From NCBI RefSeq assembly GCF_009834535.1, contig NC_045696.1:95110001-95174000 (forward strand): a stretch of DNA of 64,000 nt, given 5' to 3'. Below are positions 39,440 through 51,720 of the stretch, piece after piece. Source of the stretch: Camelus ferus. Its lineage: Eukaryota. A program made the translations under genes and the position numbers. How positions within the stretch are numbered: position 1 is the stretch's first letter; every line of letters starts with the position of its first letter. Under the pieces are notes generated by a model. The model saw only the letters and a list, made by a program, of their open reading frames with translations, ran no database searches and was not told the origin of the DNA.

Positions 39440-40140
39440 CACCCAAATTTGTAAAGAAAAATCAATAGTGAAAACCAAATGTGGTTGGAAGGTTTTGACT
39501 TACCTCTTTTAACTATGAAATATCAAGTGGATGAAAAATAAGTGAATCTTTTTTTCATCTCTTTCAAGTTCTTGGAATATCAAACTTTAATCAAACCTCT
39601 AACTTCAGAATACCTAGAAAATACCATTCATTACTATGGGATGCTGTCTAAAACTGTGCTCAGAGGAAATTTTATAGTTTTGAATATGTGTATAAATCAA
39701 GAGAAAAGAGTCAAAATAAACTAACTTAGAAGAAATTCAAGAAACTGAACTTGCCAAGTTCAACGTAAGAAAAATCAAGTAAATTATAAAAATACAGACA
39801 GAAATTAAGTATAAAAGTGAAAGAGATTTGAAGTAGTAACTAAATTAAATAACTGTTTATTATAAAAAGTTATAACTTTAGCCTAATCAAAAGAAGAGGA
39901 GGAAAAGTACAAATATAAAAGAATAAGAAAGATGAGGAAAGAATCACAGATACAGAGAAAATTAAAATAATCGAAGTTTACTACTTAATCAATCTCCATG
40001 AAAATATATTTTTAAACATGGATGAAATGACTGATTTTCTGGGAAGATATGTATTATGAAAACTGACCCTACAGTGGGAAATATTTTTAAAAATCCGATA
40101 ACCGTAGAAAACAATTGTTAAGAGCCACCTCCTTAAAAAA
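39440..40140 (+). mobile_element. Decayed L1 ORF2 fragment
   Basis: ctatgggatgctgtctaaaactgtgctcagaggaaatttatag (LWDAAKAVLRGKFI-like); ggatgaaatgactgattttctgggaa (EMDKFL-like). Confidence 0.75.
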
Positions 40141-43049
40141 ATTTGTAAATGGTGTGCAGTTTGTGTAAGTAGAACCATTCTCTTACAAGGACCTTCCTGG
40201 AGTGGAAATTCTGACCAGTTGCTCTACGTGGGGCAGGGCAGGTTGGGTGTGAGCACTGGAAAACTGAACAGCTCTGGCACTGGTCTCCCTGACTCAAGCT
40301 CTCCCAAATGACACAGTAAAACCTGAATAGAGATAGTTTTCCTCCAAACCTGTGCTCTAGAGTTTTAGAGATATGTCTTCTGTTTATTTTATGGGGATAA
40401 AGTTCACCGTACACCTCATGATTCTATATGTCTGGTTTGTTTCCTCTCTCTGTGATGTCTCATCCTTTTTCTGTTTTGCAGAAATATAGTGAAATTTCTC
40501 ATTCACGATGACATTTCCTCTATCCTAACCTCCACAATTCTTCTTTTCTATTATGAGTTTATTCTTATTCACACAGCTTACTTTTTTTTTTTTAAGCAAA
40601 AACTTAACCAGGGACAAATGCATGTGCCCTGTCTCCCATCTTTAACAGGAAAAATGTTTATCTTTGTTCAGATGTTAGGATGTAAGTATTAAAAGATGAA
40701 TATAATATATATTTAAAGTAAACAATTTCCTTTAAGCATTTTACTGAGATAAATAATACTTAGACAATTATGTATAAATCTAGCAGGGCAATAGCTGTAA
40801 ACTGTGACAATACTGTCATCATTTCTAGTCATCATATCTATTTAATGACAATATAACCCCTATCAATACATTTTAGCCTGCTACATACCATATTATTGGT
40901 AATAGTGAAGATTAAAGTATAAAAGATTACTTGACTCAAATATACATTTTACGTAAATGTTGTCGACCTATCAATGGTCTGTTTTAAGAAATGGCCACAC
41001 CTTCTTACTCAAAAATACCTCTCTTTTTCTAATTTTCCATTTCACCCTTCTATCTAGAAACATTTATCTCTCCCTTTCATCCCTACCACCAGATAAAAAG
41101 GATTGGATGATAAGGAATTTTGAAAGATAGGCTTGGATTCTGCTTATCTGCAGCCTTGATACTCATAAACTATCAACTAGGCAATCAATCCTTTAAAAAA
41201 TTCTAGCATTCTCATATTTCATATGAAATAAAAGTACGATGCTTAATGTTTGGTGACTTAAGTCATATGTATAAAATTTTATATGAGAGACAATATATTC
41301 TTTTGTTTTCAAATCTATCTTCAGAAATGTGGTACCCCCCAACCCCATATAAAATATGGAATCCTCCAAACTGAATGTTATAGAACAAGACCTAACAGAA
41401 AATAAACTTAAAAATTTTTTTCCAACAAGCAAATTTGAAAGACATCATTTAATTTATGAGATATAGAGCGGTATTTCTAAATAAATACTCTTAACTTTTT
41501 AATAAATTGATTCTAGATTCACACATAATGTAATTGTGTATGTATAAAATTCCCACATATTTCCCTCAGTGTTACAAATTCAGGTGAGAAAGTGTAAAAA
41601 GATTCGGTTCATCAATTTTGTATTAATTAGATTAATAGATTAATAATTAGATTAATACAAAATGGTTGTGTATTTCATAAAGAAAAGGAAATATATATTA
41701 TGGTATTGACTTCCTGATAACACAGCATCAAGCAATTGGTTTCTTAATTAAGTATAAAAGTGATTTAAGACTTAACTCTGAATTGTACTCTCACAAGTAT
41801 TTCTTTTGTAATGTAATAGTATTTCAACAAACTTAATTAGAAATAATTTGATTAATTCAGTGAGGAAAAATAGAAAACAAATTATTTGACATTCTCTGAT
41901 CTTTCCTTTTCTATCCCATCTTTCATGCTGTCATCTTCAAAATATGTTGACCTTTGAATCACTTACTTCTGCTCTCTTGTGCTGTAGCCTCAGCAAGTCT
42001 TTGATTCCAATGATCCACATCAACTCTAAATATAGCTTTTCATTATCCCAAGACTTTTTATGGCACTAATGAGTAGGAGACTGATTTGTTCACTACTCTA
42101 TGTCATAAGGTCGTAAGTCAAAAAATATTTAGTAAGCAATTGAATGAAAATATAGTGGATGCAGTAAGCTCACTAGATTTCTTAATAAATTGAATATTAC
42201 TTTTTCTAACAGGACATAAAGATAACAAAAACTTATTCATAGCTGGAAAGGAGCCCATTTGTGGCAGGATTTTTTTTCTAAATTTTGTTCACCTTGTTAT
42301 TTTCTGTTCTTGCTAACACTTGACATTTTCTTGACATGTTCTTATTTTGTTGACTTTGCCATTCAGCAGAACAAATGCAGCTCAGCATCCATCTTTTGAA
42401 TCGTGCACAGTGTGAAAATACTCTGGGCCAAAGCAGACAATGGTAGTTTTTCCTTTTATTTAGGAACAATGTAGCCTGATATAAAAATACTGAGGAGGAA
42501 TTGGAAATTAGAGTTGAGTGATAGCAGAGATACTAAGAAAGGAAGAAAACTGACAGCAAACCAAGGAAAGAAAAATGACACTCTGGTTGGGAAATTAGAG
42601 AACATTGCAAAATTCACCTGGCGAGGAATGTGCCTATTGACCATTTTGGCTTTGAAATTGACAGGAGGATATAGAAAGCCACAGAGACAATTGATGAAAT
42701 GTTTCATTCAACTCCTGAGAACATCTCAGTAGACAAGTGGCTTCTCTTCTGGGAAAACAGAAACAAGAGGAAAACTTGGCTTAAACAATCTTTATGCTTA
42801 TAAATTAGTAGAGGTCTTGTTTACTGACTTAACCATAAGAAAAAAAAAAGAACTTTATGGACTGAAGTTATGGTATAGCTCATTCAGTTTCTTAAGTTTC
42901 AGAAGGGAAGGCAATGATACACCAACAGTCAAGCTACTTGCCTAAGTTAAGTGGAGCTAAAACCCACGTCTACTGACTTCTGGTGAGATGGACTTTCCAA
43001 GTGTTATTTGACAGTAGAATCCCTTGAAAAGGGTCATTTAGACTTCCAG

Positions 43050-43730
43050 CTTCAATACCACTTTGAACTGAATAATACTGGAAACATAGCAAAACAAAAT
43101 CTGTGGAAGCTAGCCGAAACAGAGAAAATGATAGCTTTATATGTTTCTATTAAAAAGAAGGAAGGTCTTGTCAATGAAAATAATCAGTAAACAATCAATA
43201 ATAAGAAAAGAAAACAGTTTTGTTTGAGCCAAACCGAGGAATAGCCTGGAAGCCTGCTCCCCAGATTACTCTGAGAAACTTCTCCAGAGAAGCAGGAGTT
43301 TCAGCACGGTTTTATATCTTGTCAGACAAAGAACATTAAACAAGTCGAGGTTACATGCACAGCGAGTCAGTATGGCCTTGGCGCCTAGGAAGGGAAGTCT
43401 TATCATCAAAGCAGGACCAGCACAGCATCCCAGGAAGAGAGGCATTTAATCCTCATTTTTAATATGGACATTCATTACTTCTGGTCAATGTGCCCTCTTC
43501 TTTAATAATTAAAGCAGTTGTATAACATATGTTTGATAGGCCACAAACAGATTATTTTAGTTAGCATAAAATTCAAGTTAACTCATATATAAGCTAGAAT
43601 GACTTCTCCATATCTCAATATATGAACATTTCTTTTATTAGTCTAAAACCAAAATCTGTGTTCACCTTGGAAAGATAGGATTTAAAGAACAGATTCAACC
43701 AAAATTAAGTGGAAGGACGGAAGGTATGTT
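43050..43730 (+). mobile_element. L1 ORF2 fragment interrupted by an LTR at 43169-43640
   Basis: ctttgaactgaataatactggaaacatagcaaaacaaaatctgtggaagc...aaaaagaaggaaggtct; resumes with aaaaccaaaatctgtgttcacctt. Confidence 0.7.
43169..43640 (-). mobile_element. ERV1-class solo LTR (MER41-like) with 4-bp TSD
   Basis: TG start, degenerate TA end; TSD gtct at 43165-43168 and 43641-43644; gttttgtttgagccaaaccgagga...ctctgagaaacttctcc resembles MER41-like LTRs of laurasiatherians. Confidence 0.75.
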
Positions 43731-43759
43731 CTAATAGTTGCTTTTGGTCCAAGTTCATC

Positions 43760-44760
43760 TTGGAGTTTCCATCTGTTGATCTGTTGATTATTTTTCCCTT
43801 AAGGATTTCTCATGGCGTCCTGGTTCTTTATATGTTGAGTATTTCTGGATTGCATCCTGGACATTTTGCATCTTATGTTATGAGAGGCTGAGCCCTGTAA
43901 CAATCCATGGAAGACGACTGGTTTGTTTCCGTGGTGGTTGATTCAGAAGGCAATTATACTAGTTAGGCTGAAACTTGAACCTAGGGTAGAGTTCCAAGGG
44001 TAGAGTTCAGCTGCGTTTTCAAAGCGTTTGCTATATTGCTTTCGATCTGTCCCACATATGCCCAGTTCATGGCTGAGCAGGGGACTGGCGTCGGTTCATA
44101 CACAGAACCCAGGCATCCCCAGCTTCAATTCTCTCCTGTCTGTAATTTTCTGCAGGTTCTCTGACTCCCCAGGGTTCCCTTTCCTATTGCTCTGGCTTGG
44201 AAACTGGTTTGTTTTACCTTTTGTTCTTCTTCTTTTGGAATTTCTGTTATCTGCACTGATGCAGTTATGGACAATAGGCGCTGCCCTTGGAACAAATGGG
44301 TCCCTTTTCTTGTTTCTTTGGTCAGAAAGACAGTTTCTCTCTGAAATGTGTTCCCTGTACCAAGAGCACAGTTACAAACTGAAGCTGCCCTTGATCAAAA
44401 TATAAAGATAAAAGAGAGGTAAATAATCAAGAAACTGACCCTAGGCGGGGAGGTTATAGCTCAGTGGTGGAGTGCATGCATGAGGTCCTGGGTTCAATCC
44501 CCAGTATTGCCATTAAAATAAAGTAATAAATAGACCTGATTACCTCTGCCAACCAACAAAAAGAAAAAAAGAAAAAAGAAACTGACCCTATAAGGGTCAT
44601 TTTTCAATTTTGATATTGCTTCCTCAATTTATTTGTTATTGTTAATGTTCAGAGTTCTCCAGTAGTTGTGTGTTTTTGGCATTTTGTCCAGAGTGTTTGC
44701 TTGTAATCAGTGAGAAAGATAAACTGTAGTGGGCTGATTCCATTTTGATGACTGCTGAAG
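43760..44760 (-). mobile_element. Old L1 5' region (L1ME/HAL1-like), host to the SINE below
   Basis: ggattgcatcctggacattttg; ttgtccagagtgtttgcttgtaatcagtgagaaagat...ttccatttt. Confidence 0.5.
44444..44575 (+). mobile_element. Camelid tRNA-derived SINE (Vic-1-type) with perfect 15-bp TSD
   Basis: A box tagctcagtgg, B box gggttcaatccc, A-rich tail; TSD aagaaactgacccta at 44429-44443 and 44576-44590. Confidence 0.92.
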
Positions 44761-46679
44761 CCTGTGGGTGATTTTGTTTGTCATCTGTCCCTTTTCCCCA
44801 AACTTTCTATGACAAGCAGTGGAAAGACTATAAAACGATTTTTAAAACATTATAATTTAAACTTTCTAAAACTGCTTAGCAAAAAAAAATTTTTTATATA
44901 AATTTTGCCATGCAAAATTGAAAGAAATGGAATCCCATCACTCACTTATATGTTTCTGTTGTTGTTGATATGTATTCTCCTCCTTATTAGAATGTATGCT
45001 TGTTGCCAGAAACCACCTCACCCGTCTTTGTTTCCGTCCACCACACTTAGCGCTGCATATCACCCTTAGTAAACGCTAAACTGCACTGGGCTTGATTGTT
45101 TTCGATGTTGTTACCGTAGGCTCAGGGCTTCCCCTGTTAGTAGAAGGAGACCTTGTGAAACAAAGCCCTTTCTGGCTATCCACTAAAATAGTTGCCTATG
45201 TGCTTTTTTCTACATTCTTTCATCCGTATCCTTACTATTTAATTCAAAATCCTACAGTGAGCTTCAAAGAGAGAAACTAAGTAAAAAGCAAAAGATTCCA
45301 AACATTCAGTAATAACAGTAGTGTTAAGAAGAAAAATCGATTCTGTCAATGAGATGTCAAATGTACTTTAAAAAAAAATTTTTTTGGCAAGAAAATAGCA
45401 GTACTCATATTGTTACTGTCTCTTCTAAAGAACCTTCCCAGTGACAAGAGATTATATCTAGACTTGGAGAAAACAAATTGTCAATGTCCATAGACGTATG
45501 AAATTAAAGATATCAATCATTTGGGGTGCATTTTGGCATAGTGAATAATGCACTGATACCTATGCATAATTCGTCTTACTGCACATATTTGACTTGTTTT
45601 GAGAAAGTATTTATTTGATTAAAATAATTCAAAAAATAACAAGCAAAAATATCTGAAGGGGTGAATTTTATTACTTGGTTCTGATGTTTTCTTGGCTTTA
45701 TTCATATAAAAAACACAGTAATGAATGTCATGTTCTGAACTCAGGAAACAATTAGTCATAGAGTTGCCAATACTATGTAAGGCTGAGAACAGTTACCATC
45801 TTAACACTATTACTCACACAGTTTTAATGAAATCAGGGTGTTTTTTTTAAATATTATACAATTAATATTGAAATTATAGCTAAGTTTTTAAAAAAGAGTA
45901 ATGATCCCAAATTCTATTACCCTAACCCAACTGTGAACATTCTGAATTTTCATGCAATTATTTTTTTTTTCCCTGGGCATCTGTCTCATTTTGCCTTAAT
46001 TAGTCAACACACAAAATTTTTATCACACTTTCCTTTTTTTCTAAGCCTCACCACAAGGCCACATTGTGTTTATAACCTTAATTTTAACTGGTATTTAATA
46101 TGCCAGGAAGAGATAAGACCATGGTTGTTGCAAACAGTGTTTTTGTTGGGTAATTAGACTATTCCCAGTTTTTCTCAATTAAATAATACTATGATAAAAA
46201 ATTTATATCTATGTTGATTTCCCATTTTTTGATAATTTCCTTAGCAGAAACTCCCAGAAGTAGATTTGATGTTTAAAGATTAACATTATATTTTATATTC
46301 TTTGAAAAATATTATTTGAAAATGTTTCCTTTATCAGAAACATATAAAGTTACTTTCTTTACTTTTGCTTTTTAAATCATTGAGTTTTATCTTTTTGAGG
46401 GTGACTGATTTAATAAATAATAAATATTACACTGTACATTTCTTTGATGACGAACTCCGTTTAAATGCTTTTCATTTTTTTATTATACTGTCTTTTGAAA
46501 ATTGTCTTTTTATGTCCTATGTCCTTGGGAATGAGCTCTTTATAGACTTCTCTGATGCTGAGCAACAAAGAAATATTTGTAATCATATTTTAATGATCAA
46601 GTGATTGACTTTTTAAAGCCCTTGTAGTCTTCTGTTCAGCAACCTACTTCTTGCTCACAGAAACCAGCCTTTTACGTCT

Positions 46680-46860
46680 AGTTGCTGAACATAAGCTGAG
46701 TGTACAGTAGACTCAGGATCTCATTTAATTCTTTTTGTCCATCCTGTGCAGTAGGTACCATCATCATTACCAGCTCAGAGGTGACTGACGAGAAACTTAG
46801 AGAGGGTAAGTCGCAAAGGTCATACAGCTGGGAAGTGCCGAAGCCCAAACTAGACCCCAC
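46680..46860 (-). mobile_element. MIR SINE
   Basis: atctcatttaattc...gtaggtaccatcatcattacc...gagaaacttagagagggtaagtcgcaaaggtcatacagct. Confidence 0.7.
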
Positions 46861-47033
46861 ACCCACCCCGATTAACCACTACGAACCAACTACAGGAAGT
46901 GTTTATAAAACACTGTCACATGGAAGCTGTCAGTGAATGGCCTGACTCATCCTGCCACATTTCAGGCCTTTAGCTTTAGACTTGTGACCTAACCCCCGCC
47001 CCCCCCCCCCCCGCAAATGGTATAGTTTCCCTC

Positions 47034-47095
47034 TCCACGTGACTGAAGAGCTGGAGGTATAGAGCTATTTTCATCAGTATCCACGTGACTCAGCA
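47034..47095 (+). promoter_or_regulatory. Paired E-boxes with overlapping ARE/AP-1 motif
   Basis: tccacgtgact at 47034-47044 and 47080-47090; GTGACTCAGCA at 47085-47095. Confidence 0.35.
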
Positions 47096-47109
47096 AAGGG
47101 GACTTTGAC

Positions 47110-47310
47110 CGAGTAAGAGCCAGGCCTTCCTTCCGTTAACCCCAGTCTCCCATCCATAGGAAGTTATTTAAGCTCTCAGAATCACAACGTCCTCATCTTT
47201 AGAAATAATGTGCATAAAGCTTTCCTTGGATCAAATGGGATTTTATATGTAGCGGACATGACAGAGTTCTTGGTGCATAGTAAGTGCTCAACAGATAGTT
47301 GCTATTTCTG
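47110..47310 (+). mobile_element. MIR SINE
   Basis: ggaagttatttaagctctcagaatcac...cctcatcttta; ttggtgcatagtaagtgctcaacagatagttgctat. Confidence 0.7.
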
Positions 47311-50252
47311 TGTTTGTTTTCCAAGACTTGATTTGCATGTGGAATAAGTCAAATGCTGCCAAATGTTTTGCTCAGGCTCCATCATTCCCGCGAGTTACTA
47401 AACTACCTCATTCTTGCCAAGACTTTGTTTGGAAGAAAAGAATCTATTTTAGAACTTCTAACAAGTACTTATACCTCGGAAACTTTCCAGTGTAGACTAA
47501 ATTACTCTTAGTGCATCTCTGGACAATTCCCTGTCCTCCAAAATCTCTGTACCTTGACTATATTCATTGTGTAAATTCCTGAAACAAGCTTATATAATTG
47601 ATGGAGGAAAAGAAAAAAGAACCTCATACTGTTAACACGATTGGATTCTGACTCCCACAAGCCTAATAACCTCCCTGAAAAATACCCTTTTGTACTTTTA
47701 GGCTCCAGCCTCTTAACATAATTAGCTACAGCCTTGATTTCCGTTTCTTCCCTTTACCTGTAGGTTCTTTCTTCAAAGTAGGTATGGATAGAGGTTTATT
47801 ACTTTTTCATCCAGCACTGATGTAGGCACAGTTATATATCAGTGCTCCCTCTTCAGAAGCAGTTTGTTTTGTAGAGTCCTTTATATTCAGTTGTTTCTGA
47901 TTTCATGGTTTAAGGAGGTGCCCAATGAAACACACTTCTATTCTCCTATCCTGTTTGTTCATATTATTGCTTTCTGCAGATGGATTGAAAACCATTCTCA
48001 CGTAATCACAATCTTTCTCTTGGCATAACTAAAGTGACTTCATTTGCTACTTTCAAGAAGAGTATAATTTCCAAAATGCACCACATTTAGGAGCTAGAGT
48101 GGCTTTATCTAATTTCCTTTATTCACTAAGAGATGGTGGAAAGAATATTTAAGGTATGTACGGAACAAGTGATACACCTGAGGTTGACTGATTTTGAATG
48201 GCATGATGATTTTAAAATACTTTCCAGTGCCTCCTATATTATAATTATTATCTGTTTGGGCTTTAAAAATCCAATACTCACCTGGTTAAAATGGCAGTGC
48301 TAAGTCTTCTTCAGGCTGTTTGGTGTTTTGGAATAAATCACTTGGAGGACATAACTCTCGATAACCTTTAACAGGACCTCAGACTGTAATCTGTCAGAAT
48401 TATCCCCTGAATCCAATTCTTCCTTCTGCTTCTGCTAAACGTTTATACAGCAATGAAATGTTAATAACTCCTAAGAGAGTTGGTTGAATTTTATTATATT
48501 TTTAAAAGAACAATTATTTCTCTGAAAGCTCAAGGTTTAAATTGGCTATCTAGCCAAGGATCTCAACCCCAGAGACTTCTCTAGAAGTAGAATATTCCAG
48601 AAAAGCCATTGTGGATAGGCTTTCAAAATTTTATTTTTTCTAGAGAAACTACATTATTACTGATGGCATTAAAAATGATCAGAGTGTGCCTTTCTTGACT
48701 GCCATATATTAGACAGGTGACTTCCCTGAACTCCCTCACTTATCACCTCATAAAACCCACATGACTCTCTTCTTGGCTGTTGTGTAGATTAAATGTCACC
48801 CAGCACATCTGATCATACTACTTTGTCCCTAAATGTCTAGCTACCTTGCCCCAGAGTTGACAGAGGTAATCCTTGGGAACTCCATCTGTAACAGTTTTCA
48901 TGTATAGACTTCAAGAACATTTGGTTCTATTTCTATTCTTGATCTGGTTCTGTCTAGAGACACACAAGTTCGAGAACTTATGTTAGTCCTGCCAGAGTCC
49001 TCTAAGACTCCACTTTATATCTGTAGCAATGGGTAGAGGGTTAAAATCTCTCTGACATTTAGAAGAAAGGGAAAACTTATGTGCTAGGTGCTACTTTAAA
49101 AGTGACCATCTCTCTTCTCAGAAGCTCTTTAATTTCCAAAATGATTTTTATTTTGGAATTTGCTTGGCTATTTACTGTTTCCCCAATGTGTGTGTTAAAC
49201 ATGGACATGGGAGAAATACTTAGATCACTCAGATCTCTCCTTTCACATGAGTTTTGAGATCTCTTTCTTAGAGTTACAAGAAAATGTCCTCCATATAAAT
49301 TCAATCCAAACCTGAAATCCAAATGTATGTATATACTCAGAGGTACATGCATATTTGTTTTGGTCGCTCTGCAGGGGTCAAGGGACCAACACCTGATATC
49401 TGGTTTAAATACTGAGACCGATGATGCCGCACGTGCACCAAGAAAGTCAAAAAGACGCGTTAAATAATGAGGCTGTGGGGAGAGAGCAGGTGCCCCCGCT
49501 CCCCAGCAGGTCAAAAAGTGACTTGAGAGAGGGAGAAGGAGACAGGCTTGGGGTTTGTAATGGTAGTGATGGGGCGGGGCTGCTGTGAGAATTCCTGTGT
49601 GTGGCTTGAATTTCCCGCAGGAGCCACAAGAGGGAGTACCAGGCTTTCTTATCAGCTCGCCCGTATGTGGGGCAAAGGGCGGAAAAAGGAGGGGAGAGGC
49701 TTAAAGCTGTCAGTAGGCAACCTTCAAAACATGGGGTCAGACTCCTACGACAGTATTACACGTGCATAAATACATCGCACAGATTTGAGTACACCCACTC
49801 ACACCTGCGGCCTCCTTGACCTTATCTTCCCGTTAAGATTTCTGTGCACTGCCAGGACTTAGGCTCCTGTGACCACACCTGGCTCATAATTCCTGCTCCC
49901 TTGAGATTCTGACTTGCATCTCATCTCCCAAGGCTATTTGTGTCTTTTCACTTGGGTTGATCAAGATACGGAACTCAGTCCCTTCTGCATGACTGAAGCA
50001 ATGGCTAAAACAAAAATGTCTCACATATGCAGGACGTTTGCCTTTGTGGCATACTCTTCTAGAAGTTTGATAACTGAAGAAAAGAGAGCAACAGGCAGAT
50101 TACTATCCCCACTGGTAGGAATTTGCCGCACCTCTTAGAAGGCAAACGTACCCATGCAAGTTTTTTCTCTATGACATAAAAAAGCTGTCCCTTTTTGATT
50201 ACATGAGATTATAAATTTAAGTAATCTAGTAAAAGCACACACATATACACAG

Positions 50253-50257
50253 ACATG

Positions 50258-50296
<39 letters not shown>
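50253..50296. repeat. Compound (GC)n(CA)n alternating purine-pyrimidine tract
   Basis: acatgcgcgcgcacacac...acacgtgc. Confidence 0.9.
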
Positions 50297-51489
50297 TGAC
50301 ACATGATTTGCTGATCTTTGTTTCCTTGATGCTAAATGAGGAAACATCACACATGCTTGTCTTAGACTTGGGAGACTCAGAAATTCTGATAGTCTCCTCT
50401 GGAAAATGAAACTAAAAAGCACAAAAGATCTCTCTAAAGTAAGTGTTATCTTTTGTATAAAATTCATAAAGTGGAGTTCTAACAGAAGGTATCAGATTCT
50501 CTTTTCCTCTAAACTTCTTTTCTCAGGAAAAAACAACCCCCAGAACCAACTCTGTTTATTCCTACGATATGTATTCACATATCACTTTGCCTAAGAACCA
50601 TGGAACTGAGAGGTAAATTAACTACAGTGTCAACATAGCATCATGAGTTGAATTTATTTGTAAACAGTAAGCACCCGATCCCCACTTGTAATGGCACCAC
50701 TGCTGAGCATTTAACAAGTGACAGGTCTGGAGGTTATAGACAAGCTGATAAGTGTACTTGCTTGAGCTTTGCCCTGGTTAAAATATAAATTATTTGGATG
50801 ATTCAAATATAAATTTCAAGGTCTATTTTCCCCAAACTATAGGACACATGGTTTTAGATACAGCTTGTCCATCTTTTATGGAAGCAAATAAATATTTTGC
50901 ATTATGAAGGAGCACCATAGGGCTGCTCAATGCTAGAAAATAGTCAAGATTAAGATGAACCTGCCTCACCCAAATTTGCCAAAATATCAAAGCATGATTT
51001 TATAGGAAAAAAGTTACAAACATCAGTTTCACATACATTAAATATAAAAATCAAAAATATGACTGATTGAGCTTAAAATATTATACATTAGTGATTAATG
51101 ATGGATCTCTTCTCTCTTTTATTAATTATTCTTTGTAAGTAATTTTTTCGATCAATACAACTCAAATAACTAGAAGTGGTTTTTTGCAAAATGTGCTCAA
51201 GCATCCAAATGAATCAATGAATCTTTCTAATTAAACATTTTACTTGGTCTCTCCCTAAAAATGTGAAATTGATATTAAAACAGATTTTACATCCTGATGT
51301 AACCTAAACTAATGCTGACTGGGTAAACCAGCTGCATAATTTTTATAAATATTTTTGTGGATTCAAATAATTGTGAACATTTTATATTAAAAACTAATAA
51401 AACAGTTACAAATCAAGTTAACCAGAATTTGAAATTGACCAAGACCAGTGATATTTGTTTTGCAAATCCAAAGGTTTTCTGAAGCTCAC

Positions 51490-51720
51490 TGGAGTCAGAA
51501 CGACCTCTTTTGAATTTTTGGTTAATTATTAATGCTGTATTTGCCAAAGCATTTGTCCTCTCTGTGCCTCAGTTTCCCCATCTCCCAAATGTATGTAAAA
51601 ATACCTACTCCAATAGGTTAGTTGTGAAGATTAATTTTAAAATTGTTTTCAGAAAAAGCAGAGCACAGCGTCTAGTTCACTGTAGCACTTGGTACGGGAT
51701 AGCAATTATCATTATGGAAT
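51490..51720 (+). mobile_element. MIR SINE
   Basis: ctctctgtgcctcagtttccccatct (MIR core); tacctactccaataggttagttgtgaagattaa. Confidence 0.85.

Noticed and set aside
44444..44510. tRNA gene
   Set aside because: Anticodon arm is disrupted, and an A-rich tail and TSD are present, so it is a SINE.
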